A DNA stretch of 64,000 bases. It comes from Callorhinchus milii. Its lineage: Eukaryota. Where the stretch lies: NCBI RefSeq assembly GCF_018977255.1, contig NW_024704742.1, forward strand, positions 126,172,001-126,236,000, written 5' to 3'. The notes beneath the pieces are model-generated. The model worked only from the letters and a program-made list of their open reading frames with translations. It made no database searches and was not told the DNA's origin. Of this stretch, positions 1-10,701 are shown piece by piece (position 1 is the stretch's first letter; the number at the start of each line of letters is the position of its first letter). The position numbers and the translations under genes are program-made.

Positions 1-74
1 TTTTTTCACTTTGATTCAAACCTACATTCTGTAAAGAATAAATGAGATGAAAAGAACAGCTTTGTTCTATTTAT

Positions 75-810
75 ATTTTGGTCAGACACATGCGGAAACC
101 CATCACTGCTTAATCCTAGGAAGTCCCATAGCATAATGGTTAGCATGCTCGCCTTGCAAGTGAGAAGACCCAGCTTCAATTCCTGAGCAGGGTGAAACCT
201 TAGGCAAGTTTCCTTACTCCACACACCTCTGTGTATCTTGAAGTAAGAAGGAACCCAGTTGTTAGTCAATCGGCGGATTGCTGTCCAGGGATAATAATCC
301 CTCAAAAAAACTAATACAAGCCATTACTGTTTGCAGGACACTGCTGTGTGCAATTGGCTGCCACATTACACCCACAAAATGTACACTCAATTCACTTTGC
401 AAAACACTCAATATACCCCTCTACGACATGATAAGGCGCTACATCAAAGTCAAGGATTATTATTGTTATTGTTATTACTATCCAAACCAAATTACTGCAG
501 GAACCCATGAGTGTGCCTAATGGTATCCAAACCAAACTACTGAAAGTTCCACATACACATGGAAATTTCCCTGGAATGGAATCACACTTTCTCCTCCTAT
601 GGTATGCCCTGCTCACCTAATCCTGGAAAGTATTAGGCGCAGGTTGGCCAAAGACAAGGCTTGGAGTTGCTAGAGCAAGCACTTGGGTACTGCTGGAGTT
701 TAACCTGTTAAAACTGTGCAACTTGGCATTCTGAACATTGACTGGCAAGCTTTCTGCTGTTCCTCCAGCTAGGACCACCCTGATTGTTAGGGCTTTGGCT
801 TGAAACTTTG
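75..810 (-). repeat. Old unclassified ~500-bp interspersed repeat, split by a SINE insertion (118-481)
   Basis: Blocks TTTTGGTCAGACACATGCGGAAACCCATC, GAAAGTATTAGG(C/T)GCA and TTAGGGCTTTGGCTT recur at 7400-7545, 36745-37270, 40395-40563 (opposite strand) and 60968-61340 (opposite strand). Confidence 0.6.
118..481 (+). mobile_element. tRNA-Ala-headed, L2-tailed SINE, long subfamily, diverged copy
   Basis: Decayed tRNA-like head, CCTTAGGCAAGTTTCC block, long-form insert (GTAAGAAGGAACCCAGTTGTTAGTC), Deu-like body, tail GATAAGGCGCTACATCAAAG..(ATT)n. Confidence 0.85.
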
Positions 811-968
811 TTCAAGGTCAGCAATGCACTTAATTGGTACCATTCACTTATGGACCACTTATTCATAACCCGTGGGCGTTTGCACACTATTCTGTGTGAA
901 GGATGCAATATAACTGCAAATGCTAGGTCTATTAATGGCCCCTTTGCTGCCAGAGCTGAGATCACAAG

Positions 969-1303
969 ATAATAATAATAATAATAATAATAATCCTTGC
1001 ATTTGATATAGCGCTTTTCACGTCAGGAGGACGTCCCAAAGCGCTTCACAGAACACACTGTAAAGTGAATTGACTGTATATTTGTGGGCGAACGCGGCAG
1101 CCAATTGCGCACAGCAATGTCCCACAAACAGTCGTAGATTGAAAATGACCAATTTAATTATTGTTTTTGGTTTTGGAGGGATTATTATTAGGCTCTGTGT
1201 GGAGTAAGGAAACTTGCCCAAGGTTTCGCCCTCTGCCTGGAATTGAACTCAGGTCTCTCACTTGCAAAGCGAGTGCTCTAACCACTGAGCTACAGGACTC
1301 CAC
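969..1303 (-). mobile_element. Young short-subfamily tRNA-Ala-headed SINE, full length
   Basis: A-box TAGCTCAGTGG, TGC anticodon loop, B-box GTTCAATTCC, L2-type 3' stem-loop and (ATT)n tail; nearly identical to copies at 37271, 43638 and 54631; CAAGAT flanks both sides. Confidence 0.95.
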
Positions 1304-1562
1304 ACAGGACTCCAAGATCAAGATGCCAAGATTAGTTTGGATGAAGAAGGTCCTTCAGCCATTCTGATCTCATCTCTCCAGAATATCCACATTACTGTCC
1401 TCCTATCACAGCATCAAGCTGCTTTATAATGAGTTCAGTGTACTGGCCTCAACCACCCTTTCTGACAACCATTCCAATCATTAATTAACCTCTGAGCAAA
1501 GACAAACTTCCTGGTATCTGTTCTGAAATTGCCCTTTACGAATACAAACCTCTGCTTTCTCA
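1304..1562 (-). mobile_element. CR1 LINE 3' end
   Basis: Minus frame FRTDTRKFVFAQRLINDWN is the CR1 ORF2 C-terminal motif; the same 3' end occurs at ~12505-12660, ~41490-41745 and ~48075-48170. Confidence 0.75.
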
Positions 1563-2739
1563 ATTCTTTAGTGAGAGAAATCGAGGGTTTACCAACAAGA
1601 GGCAAACCTGTCCTTTTTTTCACAAAGCAACTGAAAGTGATTTATTGGTAATGTTGAACCCATAGTTTTAATGGAGCTTTTGGTCTCGTAGTTTATTTTT
1701 GTCACTTTCCATGAGTGGAAGTTCCATGGTGACTGCCAGACTAGGAAATTGCAGTAGTCCCATGTCACATCAGTCTAATTTGCAAGATTTATAAACATGA
1801 CAGACCGTGAACCTTGAAAAAGACTGCAGAGATCGTCCAAGCAATTTAAAGATGCAGTCCACTTGCGCCAATGGAAGGTAAAATTGCTAGGTTATTATTA
1901 TTATTATTCACAAATTAGATGGAGAGCTACCCTGTTTTTAGGTTAATTTATGCTTGCATTTAATACAGTGTTATACATGTTATCAAGATGTTTCAAAGCC
2001 CTTCAGAGGATTTTACTGTGAATAATAATAATAATGACTGCATTTGCAGGCGAACATGACAGCCAAATTGCGTACAGGAATCTTGTTGCTTTTATGCTTT
2101 CTAAATAATTTATGCTTCCAAAATAGCACATAAATACTGTTTTGAAATCAAATTCACCTACAAAAGTACACAGTTGGAACACTCTATGATAAAATCTGTG
2201 AAACGTTTTAAGATGTTTTGGCGATGTGATAAGGGGCTATATTGCTTGTTGTATATTGTCACGCAGTGGCTGTGTGACAAGAATGATTTTTATTCTAAGT
2301 ATTTTGTTCACTCCTTTGGCTGAATAAATGAGCATTGATATCATGTGCCCTCCACAAAACATTGCTGATTTACTGTTGTCTACAGGTTATTACAGGTATC
2401 AGGTCATGGTATATTTTGATTATTATGATTTCATGCACTCTTCACTTCTCATATTGAAAGCTCGAATTCCAAATGGCAAGAGCCAAGTTTTATTGCCTTG
2501 ACCAGGATACGTTATTTGACTGTTTGGTCACTGATTTGTGGCAGAAGAGATTTAAGATGCAATATATGGATTATAAATCACATTATCCAGTCAATCCCTC
2601 AATCCACAGATAAAGCGGGATGAAAATTTTCAAAATAACAGAACTGTTCTGAATTCCACTTTGGTGTGGAGCTTTTTCGATGAATTGGCTACTGAGGAAG
2701 GAAGTGCAAATATGTCCTTTCCATTCTAGTTTCATTAAT

Positions 2740-3020
2740 ATTAATAATAATAATCCTTACATTTGATGTAATACTTTTCTCATCAGGAGGATGTCTCAAA
2801 GCACTTCACAGAATTCACTGCAAGGTATGATTACTATATTTTTATATGCAAATACAGCAGTTAACAAACAGCCATGAAGTGAATGACCAATACTATCCGG
2901 AGCATTGTTGGTCAGGACACCAGAAGAAACTCTCTTCTCTTTTCAAGTTGTGCCATGGAATCTTTAAATCCACCTCAATAGGCAGATAGGACCTTGGTTT
3001 AGTGTCTCATCCAAAAGCCT
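2740..3020 (-). mobile_element. Old Deu-domain SINE (SacSINE1-like), 3' part
   Basis: GTGCCATGGAATCTTT and GGACACCAG blocks plus L2-type tail on the minus strand. Confidence 0.7.
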
Positions 3021-3736
3021 GATTGTTATCAAAGGCAAGTTAAGGTCAATTTGTCTTGAAGTTTTATGTGTCAGACATTAAACCAACATCCCATCTTCCC
3101 GTTTAGGTGGATACTACACATTCTACGATGTTATTTGAAAACAAAAGAGAGTTTCTCCTGGTATTTTGGCTAACAATACCCCAGAGAGAAAAAAACATTA
3201 ATTTCATGCATGTTTGTGGCAGATAACTGTGCACAAATTGGCTGCAACTCTGTCTACAAGTGCACAAGTCACTGCACTTTACAAAAGAAATTGTGAAGGG
3301 CTTTGTGATATTTCAACATGGTAAAGCAAACTACATCAAATTCAAGGATTATTCTACTTGACCCTAATTTCCCAGTCTATTTTTTCCTGGAATTCAGATA
3401 AAATACATGTGACTTTCTATTTCCTGTAATGCAGCAATATTAATCCAGCATTTATAATGGAATTTGGACCGGATAAGCTTCAAAGGTTTTTATTTGTGTT
3501 TACTGTGTGTGTTTAGTGTTTAGTGTGACAGATATCTCCCATTTTAGTAGAAAACCCATCCTGGACCATCTGAATATTTGTCTGGTTGAATTCTTTCTTT
3601 CTTGTGAACTACTGGTAGAATAACGGTGATCACGTTGTTAAAGCAACAAGCTGGTAGGAAGACTGTCTTCAGCAGAGTGAGTCGAATTTGAAAAAATAAA
3701 AAGACATTTTCTCTACAACTTGCTTATTGACATTTA

Positions 3737-4112
3737 AGTCAACCTGACTCAGCTGGCAGCACTCTTGCCTCTGAGTCAGGAGGTTGTGGTTTCAAGCAGC
3801 GAGTTGGGACTTAGAGCTCATATAGTTAAGATGATGCTCCAATGCAGTCCTGGGGTGTGCTGCATTGTCAAAGGTGCCGTCCTTCAGATGAGGCCTTAAA
3901 CCAGAGCCCCATGTGTCTGTTCAGTTGGACAGTAAAGGTCCCATAGTACTATTCAAAAAGAGAAAGGAGTTTCTCCGGTTGTCCTGGCCAACCAACCACT
4001 TTGTGGTTGTATGTAGCTGGGTGCAAATTGGTTGTTGCCTTCACCCACAAAGCAGATAATCATTGTTCGTTACAGTAAATACTGTGAATCGCTTTGGGAT
4101 GTCCTACTGATG
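3737..4112 (+). mobile_element. Old Deu-domain SINE (SacSINE1-like)
   Basis: GCACTCTTGCCTCTGAGTCAG head, CTCCAATGCAG, GGTGCCGTCCTTCAGATGAG, TGTCCTGGCCAA, GTGCAAATTGG; same layout at 25000, 30540, 46578 and 63445. Confidence 0.8.
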
Positions 4113-4138
4113 GGAAACATTTTCAAGACAGAGGTAGC

Positions 4139-4203
4139 TAAGTGCTCTGAGACGCCGTCTGGCTTGGAGGGCACTATATAAATCCAAGTTGTTATTGTTG
4201 TTG
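4139..4203 (+). mobile_element. Ultra-short L2 3'-tail-only insertion
   Basis: AAGTGCTCTGAGACG..GAGGGCACTATATAAATCCAAG(TTG)n; matches 59201-59262. Confidence 0.7.
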
Positions 4204-4204
4204 A

Positions 4205-4860
4205 TACCAAACAATCCAAAATTGCATTTGTATAGCGTCTTTTACATTGGGAAGATGTCCCAAGGTGCTGGACAGGGATTTGGACCCGAGCTGGGAGTCA
4301 GGATTGGGGAGGGTGGAGGACAAGGAGAGTAGCAGGGTGGCTGAAGGCTTGGTCGAAGAGGAGAGTTTTGAGATGAGCCTTGAAGGAGGCAAGGGAGGGA
4401 GTGAAGTGAAGGGAATGTGGGCTCGAGTTCCAGAGGGTGGGGTAGAAAGACTGAAGGCCCGACTGCCGATGGTGGGGCAGGGCGGGTGGAGGATGTAGAG
4501 CAAGCCACAGCCTGGTGAACAAAGGGAGTGGACAGATTGATATTGGGTCAGCAGGGAGGAGCAAGGCCATGGAGGGCTTCAAAGGTGAGGACGAGGATTT
4601 TGAACTCTATCCTCTGGGAGATGGGGAGTTGGTGGAGCCGGGCAATGGTGGGGGTGGTGGGGTCACAGATCCTGGTGTGGAAGAGGATATGAGCTGCATA
4701 GTTCCAGATGATCTGCAGCTTGTGGAGGAAAGAGTTGGGAAGGCCAACAAGCAAGTAGTTGGTATTGTCAAACCTAGATGGGATGAATGCATGGATGAGG
4801 GTTTTGGTGGCCTGAGGGGTGAGGCAATGGCAGAACCGCGCAATGTTGCAGAGGTGGATA
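4205..4860 (-). mobile_element. L2 LINE, 5'-truncated 3' fragment
   Basis: Minus frames contain [24 protein letters not shown] and FKAHLKTLLFDQAF; L2 tail at the left end. Confidence 0.9.
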
Positions 4861-4874
4861 TTTTTTTTTAGGTC

Positions 4875-4992
4875 AGGGTATTAAAGGATCTGGGGCAAGA
4901 GCTGGTAATTGGATTGAGGTATGGATCAGCCATGATCTTATAAAATGGCGGAATAGACTTGACGGGCTGAATAGCCTACTCCTGTTTCTATG
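4875..4992 (+). mobile_element. CR1 3' UTR fragment
   Basis: GATCAGCCATGATCTT..AATGGCGG..GCCTACTCCTG..TTCTATG, as at the end of the CR1 at 34980-35062. Confidence 0.8.
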
Positions 4993-5093
4993 AAACAACA
5001 ACAAACTAAAATTTTTTAGAAACATCTTTCGCATCAGGAAGATGTCAAGTTGCTGGGGAATTACCAAGGCAAAGGAATTCAGAGTTCCACCTT

Positions 5094-5305
5094 TGGCCCG
5101 AAATTTCATCTTGCTTAGCCTTTAGCATCAGTTTGTCTTAAAATTTATGACAGTGCAGAATTGTAGATAATTCTTAAATTTGGTGTTAATTTGGGAACCA
5201 GTTTTTTTTAAGAACTATGGAAAACTGGCTTTGAAATTGAGACATAAATTAAGTATTTCCCACAATTGTGCACAATCTTAAACTTTTTTTAAGCTGAAAA
5301 GCTCA
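5094..5305. mobile_element. Degraded palindromic MITE-like element
   Basis: GGCCCGAAATTTC start and internal inverted blocks (GTCTTAAAATTTATGACAGTGCA / TGCACAATCTTAAAC); homologous to 31444-31662. Confidence 0.5.
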
Positions 5306-6002
5306 GTAGCTACTGGAAACAAGGCATTGATTTGGAATGGACTCGCCTGGACTGGTGCGAATGTTCAGTGAGCTACTCTTGATAACCCTGTGTGCCACTG
5401 CCAGTCACCACTAATCTATATGCTTGTGACTCAGAGTTATGTTTAAGGTAAAACTGATATGATTATTCGATCTGAAAACGTAATCAATGTACACAGTTTT
5501 GCTGGGTCTGATGTAATACTTGTATTCAAGCACAAGCCTCTATTTTCCTTGATTTAATTCACACTGAAAATAGACTGAGCAGCACATGTACCCTTTACAC
5601 TAATCCTGTCTCTTCAGGACGACAGCTATTTTATGTGACCTGCCGTGCAGACGGAGCATTTCCTGAGTTAAGCTCCATAGTAGATTATTTAATTGTCATT
5701 GCTACCAGGTCAACTGCAGAGTTTTGGAAAGAAGATAGCCATTCAGTGTAGAGATGATCCACAATTGTTACTCACTGAAACCATTCAAGTAGCTCTGCTC
5801 TTGGACTCAGTTGAATTATAAAGTTATAGCATCATAGAAACTTATAGCCCAGAATGTTACCCAGAATGCCCATCGAGCTAAGTACTCTAATTTCAATGAC
5901 GTGCCTTAATTTCAATTATATGCCTGTAGCCTCTTACATTCCTCTACCAATGTTTATATATTTTCATTTAAATGTTGCTTTAGTGGGGAGGGTACAGGGG
6001 AC

Positions 6003-6150
6003 TGTACCCACCCCACCATACCCTATACCCACCCACCACCCCACCCATACCCACTCTCCATCCCCTCCCCTATACTCAATCACTATCCCCTACCTTATAC
6101 CCACCCCACCATCCGTTCCCCTATATTCACTCCACCATCCCTTCCCCTAT
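6003..6150. repeat. C-rich low-complexity tract
   Basis: Repeated CCC/CCCC runs with short A/T spacers. Confidence 0.7.
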
Positions 6151-7399
6151 GCAGCACAGCCATATCTCCACAAAACCCATGCTAACAGCCCATAATAATG
6201 GGGTTGAAATAGTTTCACAGAGGCAGCTCTGGAGTACACAATAGTCCAAAGCATTATTGATTACTAACCAGACTAGTTATCAATGAGAGTTAGAGGTACA
6301 TAAATGTGAGTCAAAGCTCTAACTGTCAAGGTTGTCTGACCTAGTCAAGAAGGATGCCATTCCTGAAACTATCACTATTCAGTCACTATCATCATCAAAC
6401 AGGCTCACTCAAGCATCATAGTCACACTGCTGCAGGTAGAGATTGAGCTAAATGCTCATTTGTACAACATGCAGTTCATGGACTGCCAAGTTTATAAGAA
6501 AAGGCAATCATTGCAAAGTGGAGCTTCATTGTCTTTCTGGCAGATGAAGGGTGGGTAGCTGATTGAGGGGGGAGTTAGGTTTACCTTAAGAAATTTGACA
6601 GTGTAATACTATTAACCAAGCATGCATCTGAGAAAATTGTTCCACTTTCAAATCCGATAAAGACAAAAGTTGAACAAAATAATGCTTGCATAATCAGTCC
6701 GTATGGCACATTGACTCACATTACTAGGCTCCTTAAAGCACTAAGTATGCTTTTCATGACAGATGCATGGGTTTAATCTGAGTGAACTAACATAATCTCT
6801 CTAACCAATGGATCAGTGAGCATTATCTTCTTTCAGATAGGAAGAACATGTCGTTATGTATTTTAACCCTATATTCTCAGGTTTGCACAGGGCTGTAAGT
6901 ATTTCTGTTTTTCTGTGCAGGGGAGGATTTCTTTATGTTTCTGTGGATTGGATTCTCCTGAACAGTAAGGGTTAACTTTACATTTGAGGATTCCAGGTCT
7001 TTACATCCTAAAGTAAAGACAATGCACGACTCATGGCCATGTGACAACTGTGTAATTTGCTGTCTTTTGTACATTCACTGGAGAGAAGGTTAACAATGAA
7101 GAAAGCAGAATATTTGTTTATTGTGAGACTCACGGTATTTGACAGTAACAATTATGTAAACACGTGTAATGAGCTGCACTGCTGTATCTTATAACTACTG
7201 CTGTTTCATTCTCGGAGCATTCTGCAGCCTTTGGCTTCGGAAATGTACATCCGAGAATTCTTTACACCTGAAAAGCCTGAAGATATTTATTTTATTTTCT
7301 CATAGAGAGATCAGCACTGTTGAAGAGAATGTTCATCCTCACTACTGGCTATATCCTGCAGTAACTAATCCAAGAAACTACAGGCCAGTCAGCTAAACA

Positions 7400-7545
7400 T
7401 TTAACCAGCTAAAATCTACATACCTTGCCACTGAAAGTACTGTCTGGCAAGTTTCCTGCTGCTTGTCCAGCAGGGACCACCTTACCCATTAGGGCTTTGT
7501 CTTGCAATGTTAACAGGAGCTGAGGGGGAAGAATTCCTACCCCTA
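7400..7545 (-). repeat. Fragment of the unclassified ~500-bp repeat
   Basis: CTGGCAAGTTTCCTGCTG..GGACCACC..TTAGGGCTTTG..GGGGAAGAATTCC matches 740-800 and 37030-37105. Confidence 0.6.
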
Positions 7546-9204
7546 GTAAAAATCCTTATACAATCTCACTATTGTGTTTTAACTTGTCAGGTATTTTCCC
7601 TCCAATAACAAGATTGGAATTATTTCAACCACAGCGACAGAATACAAGCTCCATGCTTTAAAATAACAGTCCAGATTAATTTAGTCAAGTTCCTTTGCGT
7701 TTGTACAATTTTTCTTTGCACTGCAAAGCTGATGACTAATGACTTGTGGTGAGTATAGTTTTGGCAGCTAGTATACCCTAGGGTCACTGAGATAGTTCAG
7801 GAGTTTAAACCAATTATTTATTACTATGAAGGAATTACACAAGAGCTCACTGAAGACTATAAAATTATCTATTACTATTTGGCACTGTCAAACTATGCTT
7901 TTGTGCAAGGACTTTGATTTGAGTGCCTGATGCAATAATAACCAGAATGTAATGTTCTACTCCGTGTGTCTGCACAAAATGTCTCCCCCGAAGCTTCATT
8001 CCAGCATGATGTAGGATATTTTATTCATAAAACAGCACTTAAGAAAAGGCTAGAGGCATTACACGATCCTTATAAGAACGAAAATGTGCAGTCGGACATA
8101 TTAGACTGGGGACATGGCTCCAAATGAGTCATCACTTAAATTGCAGTTCAATATAATTTTCGAATTCTTCACCAAAGCATCGCAGCAAGTCTCTCAGCTG
8201 ATAGCATTGAAATTAATATACAGAGTTTGTAAAATCTGCTCTCAAAGTACACTGTTGAAATTCAATTAGATGTTACATAAGCAATGATTTGTCTGAATTT
8301 TGTGCAGTCGTGCTATTTCATGTATTGGCATTTATAAAACTGTTGGGGGAGAACAAATACACATTTGTACCAGACAGAATTTTAACAGTACGGAGAAAAC
8401 TGATTTGAATAAAAGATGCAGAAAAAAAACGGAGAAAATGGCATAAACAGTTTGTCTCATGAGTGAGGAAAACAGCTTGTGAATCAGGAGGTCATGAGTG
8501 GATGATACAGACTTTATAATATATTAGGAACCAAAGGGTAATGAGAAAGGGTAGAGAATTTGGATTACAGTAGATAACTGTGGAACAACTGGAATCAGTG
8601 CAGTCTCAATGAGCCAAATGACTTCCTTATGCGTTGTAACTTGTATGATTCCCGCTCATTTTTACATTGCAACAACAACAACAACTTGCATTTACATAGC
8701 GCCATTAACACAGTGCTGCATCTTGGAATGCTGCATGTGTCACAGATAAAAATTATAGGCACACGTGGGTCTAAATGTTGGTTAATGAGCATTGGGAGAG
8801 TAAAGGGCTGATTTTGTTCCATACTCAGTGAATTTGACTGAATGCAGCATTCGTCAGTAGGCTGGCCACTACACAAATCAAGAGATAAGAGACTAGGGCC
8901 TTAGAGTACGTACTTAGGCAGCTCAACAAGATAGTCATAGCAGCCACACAAGAGGGAAGTGGCTGCGGTAGGCTGCCAAGCAAAACATTGAGCAGACTCA
9001 GGAACTCCCAGTTTATGATGCCATGGGCCCCCCACCCCCACACCCCCATACACTCTGATCCCTCTTCCCCTCTTGTACATTGCAGGATGTTATGGAAGCG
9101 GCCATAACTGCAGGACGTATTCTGGTAGCTTGTGCTAAATGCCATCCCATCCTATAAGAAGGATGATACAGTTTGATGCTCACAACATCCATTTTCATAA
9201 TAAT

Positions 9205-10600
9205 CAATTGAGAAGGATGGATCTGGCAGGCTTGTGGAGCCTGGTGTTGGAGAGGACATGAACTACAGAGTTTTGAAGAGTCTGCAGTTTGGGGAGGGTT
9301 ATGAAAGAGTTAGGAAGACGGGTGAGCAAAGATAGCAGATGGATAAGGTTCTCAGCTGCCCGATGGAAGAGGTAATGGCAGAGACTGCAATGTTGCAGGG
9401 TTGAGAGAAAACTGAATGGGTCAAGGCACATATATGGGATTAAAATGACAGTTGAGAGTTGAACAAGACACTGAGATTTGGTACTCGCTTAGTAATGTGG
9501 AGTGTGGATCCATGTAAAGTGAAGAAGCAGAGGGATGAGAAGAGATGTCTGAGAGGAAGGAGCAAGGTGATCTGAGGGGGCAGTAGACTAGGAGGATTTT
9601 GATGGAGTGAGAGGGTTGGTAAAGGATGAGGTGCTCAATGGAGGGGAGGGAGCCAGAGCACTGGGGGGATAAACCGAGGAAGGTTTGGGATACAAGGGCC
9701 ACGCATCCACCATGCTGGGGCGGGAGAGTGCTGACAAGTGTAACCAGGCAGGGGGACTTTGATGAGGGTGATGGGACCAGCCAGGTTTCTGTGAGCCCAA
9801 GGAGTTTCATGAGCTCGAAAAGGATGAGATCATGGATAGTGAGAGCTTTGTTAGAGCGGGAGCAAATGTTTTGGAGGGCAATGTGAATAGGGGTATTGGT
9901 GGAGGAGGGTGCAGGGGAGGGCGTTGTGGGGGGTTGTGGATTGTGGGGGGAAAATGACTGTGGCATTTGAGTGGGGGGCAGTTTTGAATGGTGTGGATGA
10001 GGGAAGGAGGGGTTACCTTTCAGAGGCAGGGGAGATGGGCCTTGAGGAGAATGTGAGTGATGGGGCAGTGAGGGTGGCTGCTCTGGGCCAATCATTGACA
10101 AGTGCCACAATGAACCCAGTGGAGGATGCCAAGGCTGAGCAGAAGGAGGATGTGGTAGGTTACAGGAGGGAGAGAAGGCAAGGAGGGCGGTCGGAGAGAA
10201 GCACTGATTGTGAGTAGTTAAGGGTGGGGAGTAGAAGTGGTGGCATTTGGGAGGGGGCAGCTTGGGTCGGGGCAGCAGCCAAAATACGCACATCGAGACT
10301 AGAAGCAAAAGAACCAGCGGGCATTGCCAGATGCAGATATGGAGGAGGCTAGAGGAGACAAATGCAGAGAGGGGAGATAAGGATGACACTCATAGGGTAG
10401 CAGGAACCCAACCCATTAAATAATTGAGAGAGGACTGGAAAGGAGAGACATCTCAGACAGTAGAAGATAATAAAATGTCAGAGGAACAAAGAGTAGGGGG
10501 CTAATTTTGTTCCAGAGCAAAAGGAGATGGGAAGTGGATTGGGTGGCCATTAGTGGGATGGAGGAGTAAAGAAACAACAAGGAACATGAGACAGATGTCA
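9205..10600 (-). mobile_element. Old L2 LINE retaining its 5' region and APE endonuclease start, with a large internal deletion
   Basis: Minus frame IALQNICSRSNK..LLGLTETWL..GGCVAL..ILLVYCP (APE N-terminal motifs) joins directly to C-terminal LPKLQTLQNSVVHVL; the RT core is absent. Confidence 0.75.
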
Positions 10601-10701
10601 AGCTCCACTACTGTTAAGCGTCTCCCCTTTAACAACAACAACTTGCATTTGTATAGCGTGAAGGGCACTATATAAATGCAAGTTGTTGTTGTTAAAGGAG
10701 A
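10601..10701 (+). other. L2 3' tail with an inverted duplication forming an ~80-nt hairpin
   Basis: CTTTAACAACAACAACTTGCATTTGTATAG pairs with CTATATAAATGCAAGTTGTTGTTGTTAAAG (one G:U). Confidence 0.85.

Noticed and set aside
5618..5751. Acceptor followed by frame GRQLFYVTCRADGAFPEL.., faintly Ig-like
   Set aside because: Lacks the downstream Trp and second Cys of an Ig domain; ends at a stop after about 45 codons.
6003..6150. G-quadruplex potential on the minus strand
   Set aside because: Ordinary low-complexity tract with no evidence of function.
7078..7267. Minus-strand exon 7134-7267 with GTGAGT donor and a following acceptor at 7078
   Set aside because: All three frames contain stops, the implied intron is only 56 nt, and no product is recognisable.
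9421..10389. 322-aa Pro/Ser-rich ORF as a host gene
   Set aside because: Its C-terminal half is a decayed L2 endonuclease; the rest is pyrimidine-rich L2 5' sequence that rarely generates stops.
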